Assembly: GCA_030390025.1 (NCBI GenBank)
Contig: CM059425.1
Span: 166,906,001-166,970,000, forward strand
DNA: 64,000 bases
Source of the DNA: Squalus acanthias
Taxonomy: Eukaryota
Direction: 5' to 3'
The notes below the pieces were generated by a model. That model did no database searches and was not told where the DNA came from. It saw only the letters and a program-made list of their open reading frames with translations. This document shows, piece by piece, positions 37,863 to 51,817 of the stretch. A program made the position numbers and the translations under genes. Every line of letters begins with the position of its first letter. Within the stretch, counting starts at the first letter, position 1.

Positions 37863-38934
37863 AAACAGCCCAGGATACAGACTATAGCCTGTACAGCAAT
37901 AATGATTGAATATGAGGGCTAGCAACACATTGCGTGTGTAATATCAATAGTGGAATGTGGCACACCATGTCTTAGCAAGTTATTCAGGTGGCAAAAGCAA
38001 GGTTGATGACTGTAACTTGTGAGTTCAGTATTGGGGTGCTCAGAACCAACTTTCACTCCACAGCAATTTTGCAGCATTCGGGAAATGGAACATAATATGA
38101 TCAGTAATTTAATGAGTGCTGATTAATGATCAGTAGAGCTCCAATCCCACAGATTTAGCAGTGGCAGCAATTTCAAGGCTCATATCTCTAAGTACATGGT
38201 ATAAATAGACAATAATGCAGTTGTCTAATTTTTACTATACACTAATCATAAACACTGTGTAATCATTGACACTGGTAAATATATTTATGTATTTTTTAAA
38301 AAAAGAGGAAGAGTGCCAAGGTCACAAATTCAATGGCACCTTTGCATCACCAGAACTTCTGCCTGCCTATAAGCTCTTACCATGACCCTGTCCCAAATCC
38401 TGGGTAACTGGTGATTTGAATAACTGGGGTGGTGCCTACATCTGTAGCAGTGCAACAGGGATGCCCTTCCCGAGGAAGCAGCAGAAACTCAGAGCAGCAC
38501 TCTGCTCCAAAGCACACCCAGAAATGCCTTTAAATTGCTGCGATGTGGTCAGGGGAGTGCAATTTGCTGGGTAGTTTTAAAAGGGATGCAATCCGATAGA
38601 TTTGAGTTTTGTCCCAAATTCCGGTCCCTGCTGATAACACAATTTCTGCTCTCCAGTCTTGACCTGTTGTTCCTAATCTATTGAAGAAAATCACCCTTCA
38701 ATCTCAGGAGGTAGCTAATAGACATTGGTTTTAGTTGATCTCAGGATCTGTATTTGGACCATGTGATTTTACAGGGACAGACCAGTTTACATACAGCTGC
38801 ACCATGGCAACAGAATAAGATATTGTATGTTCCGTGGTATAATACAGCACATCCTCAAACCTACTGTCAGCAATACTATAGGAGTTCCACTAATCTGTCA
38901 TAAAAATGTTTCACACTATTTCTAAGTAGACAAA

Positions 38935-39950
38935 GTAATTTGAACCCACCACGACGGGCGGGAGAGGGTTGGTGGGAAGGTTAAAATTTCAAAAATCTGA
39001 AGCCTGACCCCAACCTGCCTCGAACCCGTCCACAGTTGTAACTGAGGTGGATTGGGGGGCAGATGACTAACCTGCGCTCAAACAGGCAGGTCAGTTATTT
39101 AAATATGCTAGTAAAGCTGCGTGCCTTAAATTTTAACAGACTTTTAGATTTACTGCCTCCAGCACGGATTTCCCGGGGCTCAGGAAACCCGGCGGCTCAA
39201 GGGCGGAAAGAATGGCCGGATCCAGCAGGTAAGTTCCTTTCCAGCACTGCTTTTGGGCCAGGAGGAGCATGAGTGCTTCCCTCGGCACACCAAGCTAAAC
39301 TGCTTTCCTCTCTGCGGTTCGCCAACCCAACCCCGCGCGCGGTCTCCCCCTGACCCACGATCTCCCCCCACTCGCAATCTCTACAACCCCCCCTCAGTCT
39401 CTTCAACCCTCCCACCCCCCCGCCAATCTCTCCCCCAATCCACGATCTCCCCCTGACCCACGATCTCCCCCAACTCGCAATCTCTACAACCCCCCCTCAC
39501 AGTCTCTTCAACCCCCCCCGCCAATCTCTCCCCCCATCCACGATCTCCCCCTGACCCACGATCTCCCCCAACTCGCAATCTCTACAACCCCCCCTCACAG
39601 TCTCTTCAACCCCCCCACCCCCCCGCCAATCTCTCCCCCAATCCACGATCTCCCCCTGACCCACGATCTCCCCCAATTCACAATCTCTAAACCCCCCCTC
39701 ACAGTCTCTTCAACACCCCCCCCGCCGCCAATCTCTCCCCCAATCCATGATCTCCCCCTGACCCACGATCTCCCCCTGACCCACGATCTCCCCCTGACCC
39801 ACGATCTCCCCCAACTCTCAATCTCTAAACCCCCCCTCACAGTCTCTTCAACAACCCCCCACCCCGCCGCCAATCTCAACCCCAATCCATGATCTCCCCC
39901 TGACCCACGATCTCCCCCAACTCGCAATCACCCCCCCCCCCAGCCCGCAA
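38935..39950. mobile_element. Truncated family C Harbinger-type element
   Basis: gtaatttgaaccc start; segments ggatccagcaggtaagt...cagcactgcttttgggccaggaggagca match 33585-33660. Confidence 0.6.
39343..39930. repeat. C-rich minisatellite, ~105-bp unit, about 5 copies
   Basis: Unit tctccccctgacccacgatctcccccaactcgcaatctctacaaccccccctcacagtctcttcaaccc...cgccaatctctcccccaatccacga; the 18-bp subunit tctccccctgacccacga is triplicated at ~39751-39805. Confidence 0.9.
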
Positions 39951-39951
39951 T

Positions 39952-40117
39952 CTCTTGCTGTTTGTGGGACCTTCCTGTGCGCAAATTGTCTGCTGCATTT
40001 CCTACATTATAACATTGACTACACTTCAAAACGACTTAATTGGCTGTAAAGCGCTTTGGATCATCCTGAGGTCGTGAAAGGCGCTGTATATATATACATA
40101 TGCAAGTTCTTTCTTTC
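39952..40117 (+). mobile_element. DeuSINE 3' fragment
   Basis: ttgctgtttgtgggacctt...tttcctacatta...gaggtcgtgaaaggcgct...gcaagttctttcttt. Confidence 0.8.
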
Positions 40118-41639
40118 ACGGCAACTCTGATTAAGCAGAGCTCCATATTTAATTTATTATAATAGCATCTTATGAGTTGCTGTGGCTGTGCCTCCACACT
40201 AAATGCAACACGTTTCAGGCCTTTCTCCTTCTGCTTGCAACTCTCTCCCAGACAGTGTTATCAAATAGGTCTCTGCCTTTTGTATGCAACGGTTTAAATG
40301 CCGAGCTTACCGTCCCATTTTGAACCAGGATTACTCCATTAGGCCATTGGAAATCTGTAGCTTGCCCTGGTATCAGTAATCCAGTACAGTTATTCTCAGT
40401 CTTTCTGGTCTCCAAGCAACCACGCAGGCCAATTCTATGAATTTCAATCCTTGCTGCAATTTTCTTCAGCTGCACCTTGCTATTATACCACCGAACATAA
40501 ACAGAGCTGGGGCTGTGGGAAATCCTTGTTTTTTTGAGTTCTGTTGTCAGTGGGGACAATACCCATGAGAAACTGGTCTCCCCCCTCATGATGCTTTTCA
40601 CAGTCTACATAATAGTGGCACTCGGTAAAACATGACCCCAATCCTGATCCCACTTTCAGTGAAGGTAGCCTGCCCAAAAACATATTTCAACCTGTTCGCT
40701 TATCAGTCCATGGGGCAGACTGGTACTTTTGGTGGTGGCTAGTTAAATAATTCTTGCAACACATCAGATCAGTTGGGTGTTGATATGCTGACACATTTTT
40801 TAACATTTTCCATTGCATTAGAAAAATAAAACTTATCTGTTCGCAGTTTTATCTGATGGGAAGATCAACATCAGTGTTGGAACAATGTTGGTGATATGAG
40901 AGTGGGAGGATATTTATCAAAAGGATCATATTGTTTCTAGATTTAACTGATACTGCATCTATACTCAAAGGATGAAATGTAGTAAAACATACAGTAAACT
41001 GAATTAGTTCTGCATCTTCTGACAGAAATGATTATCTTGGTATTTCTGACATCATAAAAATTTTCCAAAAAAAAATAGGCGACAAGGAAAACTAACAGTG
41101 AACTTCTGTATTGATTGAAACTGTTTATCTCCGCACATAACTCCCGCCTAGGCTACAGTTGATTTGAACATCTTGTCTTGATGCTATTGGAGCCCAATGA
41201 AAGTTGTTATTGAAACCTTCACATTGTCTGATACTCTGTAACAGCCCAAAACCAGAGGAATTTCAATTATTCTGTCAAATGATTCTTCAGCAATGATATA
41301 AAAACAACTCCTCTGTTATACAGCCGCTAACTGCTACACTGGGCAAGGTATAAAAGCCCTGAAATATTGGTACAGTATGTATATTTATTTTGGGTCTCAG
41401 CAGCATTAAGAGAAAACTAATCATTTGTAATATATTCTTGACAAATGTTTGAAAAATAATAAAACAGCATTATTCAATTGTTATATTCTAGGAGGATTAT
41501 TAATAGTGTCTGCAACTGAGATAGGCCCGAGAGCTCTTAAAGGGCTGAGTGCATTATAAACACAGCAAAAGAGAAACTGTCGACCACAGGGGAGGTGTCA
41601 ATCATGAATGGATTAAAGTTGCACTGCCGCCATAGCTGT

Positions 41640-41997
41640 GATGTGGTTAACCTTCCCAGGGCTTGCTTGTAATGGTAGGATAAATGAAACTTAAAGCTGG
41701 AAGAAAATAACAGTGAGTAAATATTCAAAAGTTAAATATATGGGTTATTGGAACACACGGGTCTAGAAATTCGATCGTAATCGAAGGTGGGTGCACAGAG
41801 GGCGCGGAGCCTCTTCACATGGTCACAGCGACCACGTGAAATTGCTGGGAGGTCGTTGTCATTAGGTAGACATGCAGCCAACGCTACCTGCACTGCTTAT
41901 TGACTGCGTGCCTGTTTGTGGGTGCAGGAAATCAAGCGTTAGTGACATCACTTGAAGGCAGCTTCCACCTCTTAAAAGGGAAAGCACTGAGGCTGCA
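41640..41997. repeat. Direct duplication, left copy (right copy 43409-43764)
   Basis: Collinear; by eye about 13 substitutions and one 2-nt indel; each copy abuts one end of the RTE. Confidence 0.95.
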
Positions 41998-43408
41998 CGT
42001 CAATTACAAGAGAAATGCACGGAACAGCACCAACCGCTGTACATGGCCTTCTTTGATCTCACAAAGGTCTTCGACACTGTCAACCGTGAGGGATTATGGA
42101 GTGTCCTCCTCAAATTCGGCTGCCCTCAAAAGTTTGTCACCATCCTCCGCCTGCTTCACGATGACATGCAAGCCGTGATCCTGACCAACGGTTCAACCAC
42201 AGACCCAATTCACGTACGGACTGGGGTCAAGCAAGGCTGTGTCATCGCACCAACGCTCTTCTCGATCTTCCTTGTTGCAATGCTCCATCTCACCCTCAGT
42301 AAGCTCCCCGCTAGAGTGGTGCTAATTTACAGAACAAACGGGAAACTGTTCAACCGCCGTCGCCTCCAGTCCAGATCCAAGGTCGTCCCATCCTCTGTTG
42401 TTGAATTACAGTATGCAGACGACGCTTGCATCTGCGCCCACTTGGAGGTCAAACTCCAAACCATCATCAACACCTTCACCGAAGCGTACGAGAGCATGGG
42501 CCTTACACTAAACATCCGTAAGACAAAGGTCCTCTACCAACCTGCCCCCACCACACAGTACTGCCCCCCGATTATCAAAATCCACGACGACACCTTGGAC
42601 AACGTGGACCACTTTCCACACCTCGGGAGCCTACTGTCAACAAGGGCAGACGTCGATGACGAAGTCCAACACCACCTTCAGTGTGCCAGTGCAGACTTTG
42701 GTCGCCTGAAGAGAGTGTTTGAACACCAGGAACTCAAACCCGGCACCAAGCTCATGGTCTACAGAGCAGCAGTGATACCCGCCCTGCTGTATGCCTCAGA
42801 GACATGGACCTTGTACAGTAGGCACCTCAAAGCACTGGAGAGGTACCATCAACGCTGCTTCCGCAAGATCCTGCAAATCCATTGGCAGGATAGGCGCACC
42901 AACATCAGTGTTCTCGCTCAGGCCAACATCCCCAGCATCAAAGCTTTGACCACGCTCAATCAGCTCTGAGGGATGGGTCACATCGTCCGCATGCCCGATA
43001 GGAGACTCCCAAAGCAAGCGCTCTACTCAGAGCTCCGACACGGCAAGAGAGCCCCAGGGGGGCAGAGGAAACGCTTCAAGGACACCCTCAAAGCCTCCTT
43101 GAAAAAGTGCGACATCCCCATTGACACCTGGGAATCCCTAGCCCAAGACCGCACAAAGTGGAGGAGAAGCATCCGGGAAGGCGCCGAACACCTCGAGTCT
43201 CTTCGCCGGGAGCAAGCGGAAGCCAAGCGCAAACAGCGGAAGGAGCGCACGTCAACCCAAGCACCCCACCCACCGGCCCCTTCAACCACCGTCTGCCCCA
43301 CCTGTGACAGAGACTGTAGGTCTCGCATTGGACTCATCAGTCACCTGAGAACTCATTTTTAATGTGGAAGCAAGTCATCCTCGGTTCTGAGGGACTGCCT
43401 AAGAAGAA
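41998..43408 (+). mobile_element. RTE-clade LINE, 5'-truncated
   Basis: RQLQEKCTEQHQPLYMAFFDLTKVFD, TGVKQGCVIAPTLF, LQYADD, GGQRKRFKDTLK, CPTC..C.SRIGLISHLRTH; one stop at 42967; (AAG)n tail. Confidence 0.95.
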
Positions 43409-43526
43409 GATGTGGTTAACCTTCCCAGGGCTTGCTTGTCATGGTAGGACAAATGAAACTTAAAGCTGGAAGAAAATAACAGTGTAAATATTCAAAAGTT
43501 AAATATATGGGTTATTGGAACACACC

Positions 43527-46131
43527 GGTCTAGAAATTCGATTGTAATCGAAGGTGGGTGCACAGAGGGCACGGATCCTCTTCACATGGTCACAGGGACC
43601 ACGTAAAATTGCTGGGAGGTCATTGTCATTAGGTAGACATGCAGCCAGCGCTACCTGCACTGCTTATTGACTGCGTGCCTGTTTGTGGGTGCAGGAAATC
43701 GGGCGTTAGTGACATCACTTGAAGGCAGCTTCCACCTCTTAAAGGGGAAAGCACTGAGGCTGCAGGCAGTGGGAAACATTTTCTAAGGGCAAAAATGGCT
43801 GCAAGAGCTGTAGAGAGAGCATCCAGATTCTCTGATGCAGCTTGGAGGCCCTTATGCAGGGGGTTGGCAGGAGGAGGGTGATCCTGACTCCCACTGGAGG
43901 CAGACAGCCTTCCAGCCAACACCTCCGAAGATAGTGGGAGGAGGTGACTGAGGAGGTTAATGCTGGGACTTAGCTCTCAGGGCCTGGCTGCAATGCCAAA
44001 AGAAGTTTAATGACCTCAACAGAGTTGTCAAGGTAAAAATCCTAACTCTCAGCTCAATTAGGCTCTGCTCACACCTCCACCACCTACAGCCTCACTACTC
44101 ACAACACTCCCCACCCCTGCTTCCTACAGTCACTGCACCACACCACTCTACCTCCTTCTCCTCCTACTCACACAATCTGCACCTCCTAGTTTCAGCACTA
44201 TTGTAACTCTCACTTCTCCACACCTTACATCTTACACAAACTATTCTAGCATGACAGGCACATTCTCAAAATAACTCATAAGGCTGTCACTAAAACACTC
44301 CCTTCTTTTTCTAGGAGGTCACACACAATATGAGACAGCAGGCAGTGACCAAAAAAGCTTGAAGCCACCTACGCATGGGACCCGACAACATCTCGGCTGT
44401 CGTGCTGAAGACGTGCTCCAGAACTAGCTGCACCAAGCTGTTCCAGTACAGCTACAACACTGGCACCTATCCGACAATGTGGAAAACTGCCCAGGTATGT
44501 CCTGTCCACAAAAAGCAGGACAAATCCAATCCGGCCAATTACCGCCCCATCAATCTACTCTCAATCATCAGCAAAGTGATGGAAGGTGTCGTCGACAGTG
44601 CTATCAAGTGGCACTTGCTCACCAACAACCTACTCACTGATGCCCAGTTTGGGTTCCGCCAAGACCACTCGGCTCCTGACCTCATTACAGCCTTGGTCCA
44701 AACATGGACAAAAGAGCTGAATTCCAGAGGTGAGGTGAGAGTGACTGCCCTTGACATCAAGGCAGCATTTGACCGAGTGTGGTCAATCATCACAGCCCCA
44801 GGACATGGCTGCAGGAGTTCCTCAGGGTAGTGTCCTAGGCGCAACCATCTTCAGCTGCTTCATCAATGACCTTTCCTCCAACATAAGGTCAGAAATGGGG
44901 ATGTTCGCTGATGACTGCACAGTGTTCAGTGCCATTCACAACTCCTCAGATAATGAAGCAGTCCATGCCCGCTTGCAACAAGACCTGGACAACATTCAGG
45001 ATTGGGCTGATAAGTGGCAGGTAACATTCGCGCCACACAAGTGCCAGGCAATGACTATCTCAACAAACGAAAGTCCAACCACCGCCCCTTGACATTCAAT
45101 GGCATAACCATCACCGAATCCCCCACCATCAACATCCTGGGGGTTACCATTGACCAGAAACTTAACTGGACCAGCCACATATATACTGTGGCACCAAAAG
45201 CAGGTCAGAGACTAGGTATTCTGCGGTGAGTGTCTCACCTCCTGACTCCCCAAAGCCTTTCCACTATCTACAAGGCACAAATAAGGAGTGTGATGGAATA
45301 CTCTCCACTTGCCTGGATGAGTGCAGCTCCAACAACACTCAAGATGCTCGACACCATCCAGGACAAAGCAGCCCGCTTGACTGGCACCCCATCCACCACC
45401 TTAAACATTCACTCCCTCCACCACCGGCACACCGTGGCTGCAGTGTGTACCATCTACAAGATGCACTGCAGCAATTCACCAAGGCTTCTTCGGCAGCATC
45501 TCCAAAACCCGGGACCTCCACCACCTAGAACGACAAGGGCAGCAGGCGCATGGGAGCACCACCACCTCCAAGTTCCCCGACAAGTCACACACCATCCTGA
45601 CTTGGAAGTATATCACCGTTCCTTCATCATTGTTGGGTCTAAAACCTGGAACTCGCTCGCTAACAGCACTGTGGGAGTACCTTCACCACACAGAATGCAG
45701 CGGTTCAAGAAGGCAGCTCACCACCACCTTCTCAAGGACAATTAGGGATGGGCAATAAATGCTGGCCTTGCCAGCGACGCCCACATCCCATAAACGAATA
45801 AAAAAAAAATAATCCTGATTTGCTTGGCCCATCAGGACGGAAATGTAACTGTTCCTCCTCAAGTAGAGCGCCTCGGTCACCTCTCTGATGCAGCAGTATA
45901 CAACAAATTGTGAGATGTTGCTAACTTCACCTGGTGCAGCCTGGAACAATCCTTTGGCATAGAAATTCAGGGCCACGGTGACCTTGATGGCCACAGGCAG
46001 TGCTGTCCACGTTCTGGTTCTAGACTCCAGTTGTACCTGCAGCAGGTGACAGAGCTCCGTTACAAGGCCCACACATTGCTCCTCCATCAGGTTGCCTGTT
46101 TTCGATGCGCAGTGCGATCGATTTCTAGGCC
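43527..46131. mobile_element. Decayed PIF/Harbinger transposon (Myb remnant +, transposase remnant -) with a LINE inside
   Basis: TIRs ggtctagaaattcgat / atcgatttctaggcc; MAARAVERASRFSDAA... from 43796 (+); ELCHLLQ.QL...TALPVAIKVTVALNFYA.G.FQ at 45830-46087 (-). No matching TSD seen. Confidence 0.8.
44370..45810 (+). mobile_element. CR1-group (Zenon/Crack-like) LINE, 5'-truncated
   Basis: GPDNI, PVHKK.DKSNPANYRPI, QFGFR, LDIKAAFD, GVPQGSVLG, FADD, LDTIQDKAARL; 3' end aataaa...ccataaacgaat(a)n. Confidence 0.9.
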
Positions 46132-46589
46132 TTATTATAAATTTAGACCACTCAGCATAAATAACCCTGTTTTACTTTTATTCCGAATTTTCTGAATGTG
46201 GAGGTGCTGCCAAAATTGTTTGCTGAATCCACAATCTACTTTGTAGCAGTGACTTATTATGGCCCTCTGCAGCCTGTATGTCTAACCTTGGTCCTCCAAC
46301 TTGACTCACCCGCCTGCTGTTAAAGCAATTTCATTGGTACCCACTTTCAATCTGACTGCTTGTTGAATGGTGTTGAATGATGGCTGCTTCACATTCATTG
46401 AGGAGCTCTAGATCCAGCTCATCATGCTGGACACGCAAATGCAAAAGAGTTTTGCGGCACAGCATTCTGAAGCCACTTCAGGACAGTGCAGGGGCTTTAA
46501 ATCCCTCGCTGATTCCTGTGAGACGATGCTGACAAGCCAACATTAGCTGGGAAACACTTTCTGGCATATATAAATTCTCACCCCCTCGA

Positions 46590-46845
46590 GTCCCTTTACA
46601 TGTTTGTTTCTCTCCTCTTCCTTAACTCCTTTGTGTCTGTATCTCTCCTTCACATTTGTCTTGCTCTCCTACATCACTTCTATCAACGTTCACTTCTATT
46701 CTCCTGCTTCCTTCTTCACTTTTTATTCTCTTTCTCTCTTCCTTCAATTCTTGCTTTCTCTCATTCTTTTGCATCTTTCTTGCTTTCAATCATCTCCTTC
46801 ATTTTTTTCTCTCTTTCACTTCTGTCTTACTCTACTCCTTCATTT
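46590..46845. repeat. CT-rich low-complexity tract
   Basis: Strongly pyrimidine-biased; overlapping F/S/L-rich ORFs are compositional artefacts. Confidence 0.7.
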
Positions 46846-49800
46846 CTGAGCAGGCAGGTGAACCCGGGATCACTTGGGGTCGAGGAATAGGGGGGCTGGG
46901 TAGTACTTGGGCTAGGCAGACAAGAGAGTGGCCAACAAGCACTCGGCAACAACATTCCTATCGTGCTTCTTACATACAGACAGATGTCTGAGTGATTTAC
47001 ACGGTGGTGGATAGCGAGCTGGGATGAGAAAGCAAAGAGAGGTTAGGGGAGGGCAAAAACATGGGTTAAGAGAAATCCTTGAGGTTTTTGAAGGTAGGTG
47101 GCAAAGCAAAGGTACTGAGGGAGGGAGGTCCAGAGGGTGGAAGAATAGTGGCTAAAGGAATGGCTGCTGCTGATGGACCGAAGGGAGAGGGGAGCGAGAA
47201 GTAGGCCATCAAGTATTCAGAGTGGCCAGAAGAGATACATTTGCAGCTCTATGTGCACTGAATAGAATCGAGTTGTCCTCTATCCCCTCACCAGACTTCT
47301 CCTTGCCTGTATCAATACTATGTGGCCATATAATTCTTTTGCCCAGTAAAGCAATTTAGTGGATGTGAACAAAGTGGCATTGTGTTCAATTACTGATCAT
47401 ACAGTAATGAAAATACAGGGGAGTTCAACAGCCCCTGACATCTAAACCTCTAATTCAACTCCCAGCTTTCATCTCTCTCGGTTCTAGATTGTGCTTTCTC
47501 CTAGTACTATCTCCTGATCTCTCTCTCTTTTTCCTGCTCTGCCAAAGAGAGTCAGGATTTATTTATTTTATGCTTAATTTCCATTATGTACCTTTCTCCA
47601 GCTGGCTGGATCAAATCTTCTGAATTTGCTGGTTCAGTTTGTCCTTGTTTCTTTCCCATGCCTCTTTTAGGCCCTTTCCAGCTGTCTACCGCAATCTCTA
47701 CTACTCAGCAGCAAGACTTGGCTTCCTTCTCTCAGTCCTGGGCTGGCTGGTTTCATGTGCTGTCTGTAGCCTACGCTTGCTCTCACTTAGCAGTTGCATT
47801 TCTCCCTTTTCCTCCAGCAGTCACCTTCCCACACTTAACTTCTTGTGCTTAAAATGGTACGCACACTCAGTAACCCTGCCAACAAACAGAACTGATAATA
47901 CTACAATGACACTGCCACTGAGATGTCAGTAAAAGCTTTATTAATGCATAGTTTTTCAAAAATCGACAACAGTCAACTTCCAGGGGGACAAAAGTACTTC
48001 CTTGCTTGAAGTGCAGCAGACTTTTAAGAACTGCAGCATTAAGGAGTCCCAAGCCCTTGGTGTGACAGCATCCCGGCATATGTGGGAAGTGCACAGGGAA
48101 CATAGTACAATTACTTAAAGCAAGGGTGCACCCAGAATACAGAGAGCAGGGATGCTTTCTTCCACCGATTGGCTCTGATATGTAGCTACCAGCCCAGAAT
48201 GGTTCAGGTCAAATCCTATTTCCCCAGAGACTCTCATGGTGCCTTCATTTTATGGCTGTCACCTGAGCCGCACTTATTTGAAAGGACAGAGAGAATGGAA
48301 GGTGTCACCAGGGAGAACCAAACCATGCCATGCAGCCATGATTCATGACACCCATGTCTCAGCCAGAGAAAAAAGCAGATGACCAATGCAACAACCAAAC
48401 ATAGCATACTATCTTGAAATATCACTTCACAGAGCAAATTCCAAGTGTTGGTATTAAAGCGGCAAGGCTACAGTAAGGACTTGAGTGGTCGCTGATATTG
48501 CATTGGGCTGAACTTGTGGGATTTTTGGCCTTAATGGTGAGCTCTTTCTTGGCCTGAATTGGGCCTAACATTGTAAGTTTGCAAAAGAGCAGTGGGATGA
48601 GACCCCAAAGGACTGCAGCTAAAATTTAAAGGGATATGGCCACTTACATTATTCTGGCCACATAGTAGGAAAAAAATTGTTTCAGCCATTCCAAAGGCTG
48701 TATGTGGTAAAAGAATGATCTGGCAAAACCCAAGAGACGGCATTGTAAATGGGGAGGCATGAAAGAAATCGGCAAATAATGAAGTGGCACAGCACCCAAA
48801 TCCTTTGGTTTGGATCCTGGCAAAGGGAAGGTGGTGCTCCATGAGATGGGTGTGTGATGGACTACCTTGTTTGGTACACACCACATAGAACACTAGTGCA
48901 TGAGTTTTGGCAGCAAGTGGAGGCCAGGGTCAATGCTGTGTATTGTATGCACATGGCCTGAAAACAGATACAGGAGAAATTATCATGGTAAGACTCTCCA
49001 ACAGTACCATTTATCAGGTTTTTGGTTCACAAAAGGTTGCCATAAAGTGTTACCTCTCAACCGTTCCACATTCATCCTGCCAAGCCCTCACAATTTTACA
49101 TCTCTTTCTTTGGGAAATGCAGCAATGCAGTGACATCTGGCAATTTTGTCATGCTGCTGTTGTTATTCAGTGAGGAATTAAATGAAGGCATGAGCCATAC
49201 TGACCTATGAGGTAAGACCCATTTTTACATCCCCTATTTTTGGGACTTCCTCTTCTGCTGTCAAAAGGTTCCAAATAAACATCACTTATTATAAAATGAT
49301 AGATTAAATTTCTTTTTAGAAAAATGCAAATGAAAACTAATAGCCAATGACCAGTACTAAAATTGTACAGTAAAACAAAAAGATAGAAAAATTTCTCTGA
49401 TTCTTTAAGGCTTCCCTTAGACCCTGTCCAGATTTGACTAAAAGGATCGAGGAGAGATTTTCTGGTCCCTATGCCCATTCCACTCCTGAGTCACCAGCCA
49501 TAGCAACCAGAAAACATAAGCTCACAGTTTGGAGATTCCATTGGCAAAGTTCATCTCTGCATGCTTAAAGTGTTTGTACTGCATTCCTTTAACTGCTGGG
49601 TTTTTTATGCTGGCAGTAACCTTTTATTGTAAGTGGTTTAACACTTGAATAAAAGTACCGTACACATCGCCGAATTAACTATGCTCCCCACTTTGCAGGC
49701 ACCCAAGATGTGCCCCTAGTACAGCAGATGCTGATCAGTATTATTCTAATCAGAGAATCCGCCCGATACTCTGGTGCTGTAGGTTCCCAACGGGTGCATC

Positions 49801-51817
49801 TCAGCATTTATGCCAGCAGCGAAGGCCCACGGATTTTCAGGGCCAATTGTCATCTGCCGTATGTTCCATAACGTCACCCTGAAAAGAGGCCTCGGCTTGT
49901 GACTTGATGACCAGGATGATTCAGCCATTGCACAGTAACAGGGTAGGAAACCACTGAGGAATTAAGAGCAGTGCAGGAAATACACTAAAGAAGACTGGTG
50001 CCCCAAGCATTAATTCCAGATGCCTTCTAAGCAGAGCCACAGTTGCAACATTTCTTAAAGGGGCAAATCACCCCATGTCAAGTAACTGTGCCTAAACCAT
50101 TTTGTTAGGAAACCCTTCTTCACTCAAAGAGTGGTAGAAGTGTGGAACTCCCTCCCACAAAAAGCAGTAGAAGCTAGCTCAATTAATAATTTTAAATCTG
50201 ACAAGGAGCAATCTAGAATAAAAATACTTAACTGAAGGAGGGCTAATTTCAGTGAATTGAGGAGGGATCTGGCCCCGGTAAATTGGAGTCAAAAACTGGA
50301 AGGCAAAAATTTAATGGAGCAATGGACGGCCTTTAAAGAGGAGATGGTTTGGGTACAGTCCAGGTACATTCCTACAAGGGGGAAAGGGAGGACAACCAAA
50401 GCCAGAGCTCCCTGGTAGATGAAGGAGTTGGAGAGTAGGATAAAGCACAAAAAGGGGGTGTATGACAGATGTCAGCTTGACAATACAAGGGAGAATCAGG
50501 CTGAATATAAAAAGTACAGAGGAGGAGTGAAAAAGGCAACAAGAGGGGCAAAGAGACAGTACGAGAATAGATTGGTGGCTAACATAAAGGAGAATCCAAA
50601 GGTCTTCTATAGGGATATTAACAGTAAAAGGGTTGTCAGAGGAGCGGTGGGGCTGATTAGGGACCAAAATAGAGAACTATTGGTGGAGGCAGAACACATG
50701 GCTAAGGTACTAAATGAGTACTTTGCATCGGTGTTTAGCAAGGAAGTGGACTTTGCCAAAGCTATGGTAAACGAGGAGGTTTCTGGGATATTAGATGAGA
50801 TAAAAATAGATAAAGAGGGGCTACTGGACAGGCTGGCTGTAATTAAAGTGGTTAAGTCACCCGGTCTGGATGGGATGCATCCTAGGTTACTGAGGGAAGT
50901 AAGGGTAGAAATTGCGGAGGTGCTGGCCACAATCTTCCAATCCTCCTTAGATACAGGGATGGTGCCAAAGGACTGGAGGATTGGAAATGTTACACCCTTG
51001 TTCAAAAAAGGGGAGAAGGATAAACCTGGCAATTACAGGCCAGTCAGTTTAACGTCAGTGGTGGGGAAGCTTTTAGAATCAATAATCCGGGAGAAAATTA
51101 ACAGCCACTTGTACAAGCATGGACTAATAAAGGAGAGCCAGCATGGATTTGTTAAGGGCAATTTGTGTTTTACTAACTTCATTGAGTTTTTTGATGCGGT
51201 AACAGAGAGGGTGGATGAAGGCAGTGCAGTCGATGTTGTGTATGTGGACTTTCAAAAGGTGTTTGATAAAGTACGACATACTAGGCTTGTTAGCAAAATT
51301 GAAGCCCAGGGGATAAATGGGGCAGTAGCAGCAAGGATACAAAATTGGCTAAGGGCTAGAAAACAGAGTTGTGGTGAATGGCTGTTTTTTGGACTGGAGG
51401 GAGGTATACAATGGCGTTTCCCAAGGTTCAATAGTAGGACCACTGCTGTTTTTGATATATATTAATGACTTGAACTTGGGGGTAGAGGGCACAATTTTGA
51501 AATCTGCAAATGACACGAAACTTGGAAGTGTAGTAAACAGTGAGAAAGATAGTGATAGACTTCAAGAAGACATAGACAGGCTGGTGGAATGGACGAACAC
51601 GTGGCAGATGAAATTCAATGCAGAGAAGTGTGAGGTGATATATTTTGGTAGGAAGAATGAAGAGAGACCATACACATTAAATGGTACAATTTTAAAGGGG
51701 GTGCAAGAACAGAGAGACCTGGGTGTGCTTGTGCACAAATCTTTGAAGGTGACAGGACAGGTTAACAAAACAGTTAATAAAGCATATTGGATCCTGGGCT
51801 TTATAAATAGAGGCATT

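Noticed and set aside
38790..38900. Minus-strand exon (WNSYSIADSRFEDVLYYTTEH...)
   Set aside because: Ambiguous acceptor, and its tattataccac.gaacata core recurs on the opposite strand near 40481, suggesting an old repeat or chance.
39343..39930. CRISPR-like array
   Set aside because: Units repeat in full with no unique spacers; eukaryotic context with no cas genes.
48505..49010. Additional very old Harbinger/Myb remnants (also ~7115-7300, ~28345-28900, ~37094-37560)
   Set aside because: Hints of termini or SANT-like words, but too degraded to set boundaries.
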